Below are positions 11,101 to 18,646 of a DNA stretch of 47,817 nt, one piece after another. Both the position numbers and the translations under genes were made by a program. The notes beneath the pieces are model-generated. The model had not been told where the DNA came from, made no database searches, and saw only the letters and a program-made list of their open reading frames with translations. The number at the start of each line of letters is the position of its first letter. The stretch's first letter is position 1. Location of the stretch: contig CAZRLL010000006.1 of assembly GCA_964600735.1 (NCBI GenBank), positions 1 through 47,817 of the forward strand, given 5' to 3'. Source of the DNA: an uncultured archaeon. GTDB taxonomy: Archaea; Asgardarchaeota; Heimdallarchaeia; Heimdallarchaeales; Kariarchaeaceae.

Positions 11101-11407
11101 CAATACACTGGCTAACCTAAAAAAACGTGCCGTAAGAATTAAGTCCTTTAATTCAGGCTTGTTACTCGGATTAATACTGATTAGTGAAGTATTTAATGAA
11201 TTGGAAGGAGAAATTCGAGATGACATTAGCTTGGCACTCCAGGAAAAGGCAATGAAAATAGTTGATGTCATTTCAACCTTTAAATTTGAAAATAAGGAGT
11301 TACATGATCTTTTTTCCTCTTTCAGAAGAAAACTTATTTCCTCACCTCGGCAAGCATTGCAAGAATTTTCGTTCTCAATCGAGAATTATATAATGTATAT
11401 AAAGTGA
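8198..11407 (+). CDS. Large hypothetical protein (1069 aa), predominantly helical-repeat-like
   Basis: Uninterrupted 3210-nt ORF. No catalytic motif recognised. The N-terminal ~90 aa (IIRLIIPT..YLEIFWYG..ESTILSYIKSK..FLTIEGELVFIYWNQ..GTALLLD) may be another longin-like fold (tentative). Confidence 0.8.
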   Translation: MTIERSIIRLIIPTESSPAIEPYLEIFWYGRHPGDRAESTILSYIKSKRSIEEDNFSHFLTIEGELVFIYWNQNINAGTALLLDVLAILLWSHYVWHFHSLNPANWDDFFESYNNLTFDESTPTHEKIIDPSWLQKSLEGGSIEFKSDNREVFVNGIRQFLETFPWSSFLIKSGSISGNITELSFISGDISQEVPYSEIFISLAGESQDEFWELITKSIILMVNLPSEQRLASIRESLAVIHVVTNKNLELKERLLGLNTHLSYILKFDTDFSLNYISQVLTEVSSVSPDYDNAKMLLDTAESLFTENLIELAKLTEGTALQIAFSLGSSDEKGEIILELVNRSKIWGTDHLSGFINSLTGILSETDEDKKLLEKIADSCSDLLIESWDGLLCLVQTNLILGKVMKAIELRYSAVKKSGDPYLQAEDTFNASIWALGLDGYDEESFSQLTLKQFEDVIIHFPEGEIFQNMVKNFVNSCIENRKFGVLDNFIQWFEVNLNSIAITDRLPLLQMMYDIISEKVELIKLKVPVVLLLFAQLLEENKPENFELADNLLRSIYNLIDPNEEDYKELISQITSSLVISSSKYGEWELIEEARKRFTLMVNDEEFSRSTMLKIFISGGNERMKLDKSQLESNDIGLRLYEIAIDLSFFESDAEIVVAFLPNAKKLALEILSIDKFINFSALESQLRKSMSVPWIDTMVTSAKELLERMHLEGANYLFSEALKFDLYNEEEYDLLFNQVALVEVEPDFITADEIFSKRNRLIEISTSNEGIAEVPEILDHYRNGVSELILKGDEIHLNDFLLNAIAFSIEKQLTAIEEFRNILLDTFLSTIGNYETTRSQEIYLELIKTFRKVITTFQSKSIDLVMRMANKLIQTNVKLADQTNAILYLRRAQLIANEIGFVIKHASNENIALDIEEKSQLDQEYQKLIKLLKKYNPSFGLIDLVLYSTSYYYNTNDDTKMFNLLDNTLANLKKRAVRIKSFNSGLLLGLILISEVFNELEGEIRDDISLALQEKAMKIVDVISTFKFENKELHDLFSSFRRKLISSPRQALQEFSFSIENYIMYIK

Positions 11408-11504
11408 ACTTGCATTCGTTCATATCACTATTTATTACAAAATAAAAATCATATATCAGCGAATTTAACACATAGTTTATTTGTCCACGATATAAGCCAA
11501 TCAT

Positions 11505-11828
11505 GTGGTAAAGGGTCAAGGAAAGCCTCCATTTGTAAAAAGTGTAAACCACGAAAGGGAAGTAGCAAAAGATTCATCTTTTAAAATAACTCTTAATGCA
11601 GAATGGCCAACTCCTTCTTGGTCGCATGAAAATACCGATATTAACATAGATAACGCGAATTCAACAGTTATAATAAATTACTTGGGTACTCGACGACCAG
11701 GAGTAGCCATGCAAGCGATAAAATCTTTCACCGCTGGTTTCGATGTAAAGCTATCACAAAAAGGTGAATGGACATTAATTGTCAAAGGTCGATCAGAAGA
11801 TTGGGAAAGTAGTATTAAAGTAATATAA
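11505..11828 (+). CDS. Hypothetical small beta-rich protein (GTG start assumed)
   Basis: 107-aa ORF co-directional with and 97 nt downstream of the 1069-aa ORF. No recognisable motif. Confidence 0.4.
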   Translation: MVKGQGKPPFVKSVNHEREVAKDSSFKITLNAEWPTPSWSHENTDINIDNANSTVIINYLGTRRPGVAMQAIKSFTAGFDVKLSQKGEWTLIVKGRSEDWESSIKVI

Positions 11829-11839
11829 AATCACCAAAA

Positions 11840-13168
11840 TTACTCTAAATCGTCGAGATCAATAATTTCGTCAGGGAAATCACTATCTTCTTCCTCCACT
11901 TGATATTTCTGATCGTTAATAGCCTCTGTTATATCTGAATTATCTAGTGATGCACTTTCATCTATCAACGGTTCTGCTACCTCTTTACTAGCTTCCGGGA
12001 GTTCAATAGTCTTTTTTCGTTTTATTGTCTTTTCCTTTGATTTCACTTGAGGTTTAAATTTTCGTTTTTTACTTTTTTTGATTTTCGGTGGTAATTTGTG
12101 ACTGGGGATGGGCTGAACAAACCAAGGAGGTGTGAGTGACCTACTCCAAGATTGTACTTTTGATAGAAATTCCAATAAATCTTCCTTGTGAATAGTTAAT
12201 CGATATGCCCCCTTTGATCCTCCTGAATTTGTTGTATTAGCAAGTTGACCAAGTAGTTCCAAGTCCAGCTTATGAATGTATGAATTCCTGACCGTGATCG
12301 CATATGAATCCTTATCCTGAACTGCGTGAGTGATTAAAATTATCGCTGCACCGTATTCGCCAGCAAGTCGACCTGCAATCGTTCCTCGTGCTTTTCCAAA
12401 ATCATTCCGATCCAATATGGTAACTGTTAATATCCTGGGAGTTTCTGATATCTGGAGGATCTTTCCATATCTATGTACATGTCGAAGCAAATTATCTCGA
12501 TGGTTATTCGCCTTTATTGCGTATTCTAATACATCTCGATCACTTTCTAAATCCATATCAGGATTCTTAACCAAGCGTTGAGTGATTTTAGTTAAGAATG
12601 TACGATCCTTCCAGGCCCCCCATGCAACACTTGCTTGTAATGATCGCAATCCGATTTTTTCATGTTTAAAACGTTGGGTTAACTGAATTTCTCTATCGCT
12701 AATAGCTCCTAATAATCGTAATCGTATGGTCTCATCATTTCCGAGAAAATCTTGGACAATACTAGCTGCAGCAGATCCAATTCGACCATTGAAAACATGT
12801 GCCTTTGCTCTTCGCAAATATAACAAAAGTGTCTTTCCTTTATATTTATTGGAGTGACTATCAAAATAAAGAACTCGAGCTTTCTTTTTCACCATAGTTG
12901 AGATCGATTGTTCAATTGATCTAATGTTGGCTTTATTAATACCCACATCAACAATAAATACATCCATGTCAGGATTTTCTTGATCAATATCAAGCGTTGA
13001 TATTTTTTTCTTTAGTGCTTCCCCTAAACTTCTAGCATTAACAAATATGAATTCACTACTATCTTTATTGTACCTTCTACCCACAATTGCAGCAGAACAA
13101 ACACCATCAACATCCTCATCGGCGAAAATCATTGCTCTTGTACGAGGTATCCATTGATTCTTATTCAT
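11840..13168 (-). CDS. DHH-superfamily RecJ/GAN/Cdc45-like protein with degenerate catalytic motifs and a charged C-terminal tail
   Basis: Motif I/II-like FADEDVDGVCSAAI (compare RecJ DYDVDGxTS). VFIVDVGINK. Motif III reads FDSHS instead of DHH. DHHA1-like GTIAGRLAGEYG ... NSGGSKGAYR instead of GGGHxxAAG. Tail: KKSKKRKFKPQVKSKEKTIKRKK, then an acidic run ending DLDDLE. Confidence 0.7.
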   Translation of the reverse strand: MNKNQWIPRTRAMIFADEDVDGVCSAAIVGRRYNKDSSEFIFVNARSLGEALKKKISTLDIDQENPDMDVFIVDVGINKANIRSIEQSISTMVKKKARVLYFDSHSNKYKGKTLLLYLRRAKAHVFNGRIGSAAASIVQDFLGNDETIRLRLLGAISDREIQLTQRFKHEKIGLRSLQASVAWGAWKDRTFLTKITQRLVKNPDMDLESDRDVLEYAIKANNHRDNLLRHVHRYGKILQISETPRILTVTILDRNDFGKARGTIAGRLAGEYGAAIILITHAVQDKDSYAITVRNSYIHKLDLELLGQLANTTNSGGSKGAYRLTIHKEDLLEFLSKVQSWSRSLTPPWFVQPIPSHKLPPKIKKSKKRKFKPQVKSKEKTIKRKKTIELPEASKEVAEPLIDESASLDNSDITEAINDQKYQVEEEDSDFPDEIIDLDDLE

Positions 13169-13299
13169 ATTCCTTCCCTACTCGGAATCTCCGCTAGCCA
13201 ATTCTAGCATTGAATTTGTTCCGAAAAAGATAACGGAAGAGGACAATAAAAATATGTGAAAAAATCGCGAATATTTATGATAACAGGCAAAACCAAGGA

Positions 13300-13662
13300 T
13301 TACTCCTCCTTGTGCTCTTCATCAGTTATTTCTTCCTGACCTTCTGCTGCAGCGATTTCCAATCGGATATCAGTGGGTAGTACCCATATTCCTTCAGATA
13401 TCAGAGCTCTAATGAGTTGCTTTGGATGCTTAACTGTCCATCCAATATCAGTAAAACCGAATAATTTCTTATGGCGTTTAAAAACCGACTTATCCACCCA
13501 ATCTATCAATTGGCAAACCTTTCTGCCAAGTCTTTCAGAATAGACCATTTTATAATTTTGATTCACTAGAAACTCAATTTCAGCCATACTAAGTTCGGTA
13601 GAATCATTATCACCCACTTTTTCATTCATTGTTTCCATTCTCCCTAATATTATGTATGTCAA
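13300..13662 (-). CDS. Hypothetical protein with an acidic C-terminus
   Basis: 120-aa ORF on the same strand as its neighbours. No motif recognised. Confidence 0.45.
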   Translation of the reverse strand: MTYIILGRMETMNEKVGDNDSTELSMAEIEFLVNQNYKMVYSERLGRKVCQLIDWVDKSVFKRHKKLFGFTDIGWTVKHPKQLIRALISEGIWVLPTDIRLEIAAAEGQEEITDEEHKEE

Positions 13663-13819
13663 AAATGTTTTAAGGACTTTATGTTATAATTTACGGGAGA
13701 AAAAATTAAGAATTTCTCATATGATATTGGATTTTAATATATTTATTTCATTTTTTTGATCTTTATTTTATCCTACAACTGCAGTAAAGATCAGTCCAAT
13801 TCGCATAAGTTTCTATTAT

Positions 13820-14686
13820 TTAGTTTTTTCCAATTTTTTCATCCTCGAATTTCCTAAAAGAGGCCATCAAATCATCAATATGATCCTCAATATCATCAGC
13901 AGAAAATACTACTTCATCTCCTTCTAATCTGAAACCATAATCCTGGGGAAGATCCATCAACCATTTAAATAACTCATCATCAGTCAAATTCACATAGGAA
14001 GCCATCCTTTTCATAGTAACCCGATCCATTCTTTGTATCAGTTTCTCGAGCTTATCCATTCTCTCCGACTTTTCCTCCGCAATTCTCCCTCGAGTATTTT
14101 CCAATGATTGTTGATAATTATCTATTTTATTAGATAGTTGCCCGATTTGACGCTTCTCATAATTATCTGCCCAATCTTCTGGTAATGGATTATTTATTAA
14201 TCTAAGGAATTTTAATTTTTTCAAATTGGAAAATATTCCCTCAGGTAGAGCTTTTAATTTATTATTATCCAATCTCAATCGTTTCAGTGAAGATAGATTA
14301 CTAAATATTCCCTTATGGAGCGATTTAATATTATTATTTGACAAATATAACCAGGTTAGCTTATCAAGATTGGAGAAAATGACTTTGTCAAGTTCCTCAA
14401 TCAAGTTATTCTCAATCCGAATTCTCTCAAGTAGAGAATTCTTGGAAAATATTTCTGGATCAAGACTTTTAATCATATTGCCACTGAGTTGTAGTCGTTT
14501 TAAATTGATGAAATTGGAAAAACTATCTGATGGTAGCACCTCGATTTTTTGATTGTCCAGGTTAAGAGAAACCAACGATTTATCTTCAATTAAACTGTTT
14601 GCTTTTATTTCTTCATACTCGAGACCTAAATTGGAACATAAATCTCTCAAATTATCTAAATCAGACATAAATCTTTTGTAAATCAC
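13820..14686 (-). CDS. Leucine-rich repeat (LRR) protein with a C-terminal coiled-coil and winged-helix-like region
   Basis: About six consecutive ~24-aa repeats of the form LxxLxLxxNxIxxLxxxxFxxL, e.g. LKRLQLSGNMIKSLDPEIFSKN, LTWLYLSNNNIKSLHKGIFSNL, LKRLRLDNNKLKALPEGIFSNL. Confidence 0.85.
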   Translation of the reverse strand: MIYKRFMSDLDNLRDLCSNLGLEYEEIKANSLIEDKSLVSLNLDNQKIEVLPSDSFSNFINLKRLQLSGNMIKSLDPEIFSKNSLLERIRIENNLIEELDKVIFSNLDKLTWLYLSNNNIKSLHKGIFSNLSSLKRLRLDNNKLKALPEGIFSNLKKLKFLRLINNPLPEDWADNYEKRQIGQLSNKIDNYQQSLENTRGRIAEEKSERMDKLEKLIQRMDRVTMKRMASYVNLTDDELFKWLMDLPQDYGFRLEGDEVVFSADDIEDHIDDLMASFRKFEDEKIGKN

Positions 14687-14966
14687 ATGTTTTTTAATAA
14701 ATTCTGCGGGATTTTGATAATTTGATCATTTAAAGTTGTTAACATTTGGGTGAGACCAATGGATCTTGGGAATTTGTGTCTAGTAAAAACTGCTGAATAA
14801 GTAAAAGTAAAGTTACATTGGTTTTTTGAAATTCTTGCGATCAATTGTAAAACTATATAACATTACATAAGAGATAATTTTGAAAATTTTATATTCTCAA
14901 AAGGTTTTAGAATAAGAATTTTTCATTTGAATTAGATTGTCGATTAATTGAAGTAATCTGGTGTAA

Positions 14967-15176
14967 TTAGGCTTCAAATTTGAAACTAAGACTAACTCTG
15001 GCTCGGAAGGCAACAACTTTACCATCGGTAATCTTAGCATCTAATTTATCTACTTCAACAATACGTAAATCACGTAATGTTTTCGAGGCTTTTGTTACCA
15101 CACTTTGTACTGCATCTTCCCAGCTATCAGGGCTGGTACCAACTAATTCGACTACTTTGTAAACTGCATTATCCAT
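14967..15176 (-). CDS. Dodecin-family flavin-binding protein
   Basis: 69 aa. VYKVVELVGTSPDSWEDAV...ASKTLRDLRIVEV...GKVVAFRARVSLSFKF matches the dodecin pattern. Confidence 0.85.
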   Translation of the reverse strand: MDNAVYKVVELVGTSPDSWEDAVQSVVTKASKTLRDLRIVEVDKLDAKITDGKVVAFRARVSLSFKFEA

Positions 15177-15549
15177 AACTCATCACACCCGATATTGTAA
15201 TCGGTATTGTTGGGTTGGAATATTATTATTCAAGAGTATTGCGCAAGACTGTCGATCAATGACCTATTGGAAATTTAGATAATTACATAAATTGATATCT
15301 TAAAATTTTGGTACTTGATTTTTAAATATCCATTTGTATTCTATCGAGGTCATCCTTCCGTTCATATATTCCGCTTTCTAAAAAATAAGTAAAAGATGTC
15401 AGGAGCCGAAGACAAAGATAAAGCCAATTTGTATAGGCAAAAAGGGAAACAAATGCCCTTAATGAATGAATTTTGAACAATTAAGATAAAATTAATGATT
15501 TGAATTGTTCATACATAGTTGTTGGTGTAAATATTTAAATATGCATGTA

Positions 15550-15571
15550 CCACTACTAGTGGTTAGTAGTG
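15550..15571. promoter_or_regulatory. Overlapping dyads (CCACTA-C-TAGTGG and CACTACTA-N5-TAGTAGTG) just upstream of the ABC transporter operon; candidate operator
   Basis: Read directly. The first dyad ends 25 nt before the ATG at 15588 and lies just downstream of an A/T-rich TATA-like stretch (TTTAAATA). The same CCACT-N3-AGTGG dyad recurs at 31363-31375. Confidence 0.45.
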
Positions 15572-15587
15572 TTGCAAGGGATAAAAA

Positions 15588-16529
15588 ATGAACAATGATC
15601 CAATTTTAACGCCACTAATTCCTGGGGCTGTAATATCAATAAAAAATTTGACTAAATACTATGGTGATCAGATTGGCATAGAAAACCTGTCCATAGATAT
15701 CACAAAGGGCGAAATTTTTGGGTTTTTAGGTCAAAATGGTGCAGGTAAAACAACGACGATTAGGTGTATTCTCAATATTTTGATAGCAAATTCGGGTGGC
15801 ATTACTGTGAAGGGGTCAGTTGTCTCCCGTGATAATCCCGAGATTAGGGAGGATATTGGTTATCTCCCGGGTGAGTGGTATGTTCCAGGTAATTATACAG
15901 TTCACGATTTTCTGTATTATATTGCTTCACTTAGAAAAAGGCCATCTCTTCGGATGCAGGAAATGATTGAACGATTTGATCTGGATACTGAAAAAAAGGT
16001 CAAGCAGTTGAGTAAGGGAAATAAGCAGAAAGTTGGGATTGTTCTTGCCTTCATGTCCGATCCAGATATCCTCATACTTGATGAGCCAACATCATCTCTA
16101 GATCCCTTATTACAACAAGAAATCTATGATTTATTGTATGAAGAAAAGGAAAGAGGAAAGACAATTTTTTTCAGCAGTCACAATTTGGATGAGGTCCAAA
16201 GGATATGTGATAGAATTGCCATTATCCGAGAAGGAAGATTGGTTAGTGTTGAGAAAGTCAAGGAATTGGCAGAAAAGGTTCCTAGAAAACTGCGAGCCAT
16301 ATTTGAAAGGATTACAAAGGAGGATCTAGCATCATTGGGAGAAATTGTAAAAATTGTCAATGAAGAAACTGGAGAGGTTGAGATTGAGATATTAGATGGT
16401 AAATCATTAGCATCAATACTTAATTTCCTGTCAACCCTGCCACTCATGGATCTATCCTATCCCCCGGCATCCTTGGAAGAGTACTTCATGGCCAAGTATC
16501 AAACAAAGAAATTGGAATTACGGGAATGA
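15588..16529 (+). CDS. ABC transporter ATP-binding protein
   Basis: Walker A GQNGAGKTT, signature LSKGNKQKV, Walker B ILILDEPTSSLD, H-loop FFSSHNL. Confidence 0.9.
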   Translation: MNNDPILTPLIPGAVISIKNLTKYYGDQIGIENLSIDITKGEIFGFLGQNGAGKTTTIRCILNILIANSGGITVKGSVVSRDNPEIREDIGYLPGEWYVPGNYTVHDFLYYIASLRKRPSLRMQEMIERFDLDTEKKVKQLSKGNKQKVGIVLAFMSDPDILILDEPTSSLDPLLQQEIYDLLYEEKERGKTIFFSSHNLDEVQRICDRIAIIREGRLVSVEKVKELAEKVPRKLRAIFERITKEDLASLGEIVKIVNEETGEVEIEILDGKSLASILNFLSTLPLMDLSYPPASLEEYFMAKYQTKKLELRE

Positions 16530-16535
16530 GAAAAG

Positions 16536-18200
16536 ATGATACCAAGGTATTTTAAAAGATTATACCATCATTTCATGCGCTTTAGATATAATCTTATTTT
16601 TTCTTCAATATTCTTAGTTATCGCAATGGGAATGATAAGTATATTTTTTCCAGGGGAGGAAGGGATTCGTAGTTATACTAATTTGGTATCAGATGCTGGA
16701 TTAGGCTTTATATTTGGACAAATTGGGACGGATTCACCAGGGTGGACTTTTTGGGTGGGTTTTCAGATTAATTCCTATTTGTATATGATTCTTGCTGTGA
16801 CTTCCATATTAATTGGTTCCCGGATAATTCCCACCAAAGAACATGATGCTATTGAACTATTTCTAGGTAGTAATCCTCAATCCGCAAGAAAATACTACTT
16901 GGAAAACATATTCGCTTCAATAATTGTACTGGTGATAGCACTAATTCCCTCATTTATTTTACTGTCAATACTTTCCATTTATCACAACTCAGCAGATATA
17001 ATCGGTCGATTATTTATCTCATATACCTTCACGCTAGTTGTGGGCATCGTCTTACTCCTGGGAACATCAATGTTTGCCATACTCCGATTTTCCTCTACAA
17101 CTGGAAAAATAGTGGGTTTTGGATACTTAATAGCTGCATTTGTTATCGAGTTTTCAGCAAATACTTCACCAGATTACCGACAATACTCTAATTTTTCTAT
17201 TAATTATTATGTGAACTCGTCTTCCGGGTTATTATCTGGGAAATTTGATTGGGGACCAGTATATGTGTTGATGGGTATATCTTTTGTATTCTTGATGATT
17301 TCTTATCTAATTGTAAAAAATTCTGATTACATTGAAAAAACCTCAAATAAAAAATCCCGACAGTATAGAATCTTTCCCACTATCTCACCAACATCAAAGA
17401 TTTCACAGAAATTTCCCTTGATGATGGAACAACTCCGGGTTGATCTTTCATATCTTCTAGGGTGGACACTCGTATTGATATGGCTCGTTCTCTACACCAT
17501 GGCAATCTATCCGGGTGAGGAAGCAGTTGATGAATTATTCAATTCGTTTGATATGCCCTTGGTAAGGTCATTACTTTATGGTCATCAAATTTCCGGTGAC
17601 TACAATGGTTGGATGATTTACGAGTTTCATTCTGCTAATTGGGTATATTATGGTTTATTTGTTCTATTCATAGCTGCGTCCATCCCTAACAGGGAAGTCA
17701 GGACAAATTCTCAGGATATTCTTTGGGCAAATAATGTTAGATCAGAAAGGGTAATACTATCGAGAACAATCATCATGCTGCTTGAATACTCGATTCTTCT
17801 ATGGAGTGTATTTATTTCCAAAATAATATTTGAAACCTTGCTTGATAAAGAGATCGACCATTTTCTGGAATTTCAGACTTTCATATTGTACTGGATCCAT
17901 TATAGTGCTTTTGGCATATTTGTTGTGGCCTTATCAATGCTGCCCCAGGTAAGTAAAGGACGCATGCTAGCGATAATTACATATTTCTATTTTATCATCA
18001 TCAATCTTACAGCATATTCTGGCGATTATGAATTCTTGAAATACCTGGGATTCTTTGGTTATATTGATCCGGCAGGTATGATGCTGGGAGTTCTCAGTTT
18101 TGGTACAGAATTGTTGAAAAATATAATTTTGCTAGTATTCTCAATTCTTTTGTTTGGATTTTCTCTCTTAACACGGTATAGAAATGCTGACCTGGTTTAA
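16536..18200 (+). CDS. Polytopic membrane protein, probable ABC transporter permease
   Basis: Starts 6 nt after the ATPase stop. 554 aa with many long hydrophobic segments. Confidence 0.7.
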   Translation: MIPRYFKRLYHHFMRFRYNLIFSSIFLVIAMGMISIFFPGEEGIRSYTNLVSDAGLGFIFGQIGTDSPGWTFWVGFQINSYLYMILAVTSILIGSRIIPTKEHDAIELFLGSNPQSARKYYLENIFASIIVLVIALIPSFILLSILSIYHNSADIIGRLFISYTFTLVVGIVLLLGTSMFAILRFSSTTGKIVGFGYLIAAFVIEFSANTSPDYRQYSNFSINYYVNSSSGLLSGKFDWGPVYVLMGISFVFLMISYLIVKNSDYIEKTSNKKSRQYRIFPTISPTSKISQKFPLMMEQLRVDLSYLLGWTLVLIWLVLYTMAIYPGEEAVDELFNSFDMPLVRSLLYGHQISGDYNGWMIYEFHSANWVYYGLFVLFIAASIPNREVRTNSQDILWANNVRSERVILSRTIIMLLEYSILLWSVFISKIIFETLLDKEIDHFLEFQTFILYWIHYSAFGIFVVALSMLPQVSKGRMLAIITYFYFIIINLTAYSGDYEFLKYLGFFGYIDPAGMMLGVLSFGTELLKNIILLVFSILLFGFSLLTRYRNADLV

Positions 18201-18646
18201 CCGTCATTAATTTGAATATCACCTGTGTCCACGCAACATAATTCATTATTTGTGTTGCTCCTTTTCAAAAATGTGGCGTACTCAAGTGAATGCGACTCCG
18301 CACCCGTAATAGTTCATAATTTCGCATAATCGGGATTTGTGAATGGACTCAATTTTAAAATCATCGGAAATTACTCATAATCCTCTATTGTTCTAAATTC
18401 ATCCCAATATGCATTTTGTTGAAACGAATATTTTTGGTTCAATTTGTTTTTATATTCACACAAATTCTTGATCTCATGAAACAGGCGTTTGTAGGAGCAA
18501 AAATTTATCCAATTGAGATTGATCCCATTGAAAATGGAACAATTATTGTGGAAACAATTTTTTTCTTGGAAAAAACCGAGTTAGCCTTGGGTTTCCTTCT
18601 TCAATGTTACCGATTTGATAATTAGGTGGGATGATAATTTAATAAA

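Noticed and set aside
18416-18625. 69-aa ORF whose internal part (MKQAFVGAKIYPIEIDPIENGTIIVE) looks like an amidohydrolase N-terminus
   Set aside because: Only ~25 aa of weak, generic similarity. It is not listed as a feature and is mentioned only as a possible remnant next to the IS.
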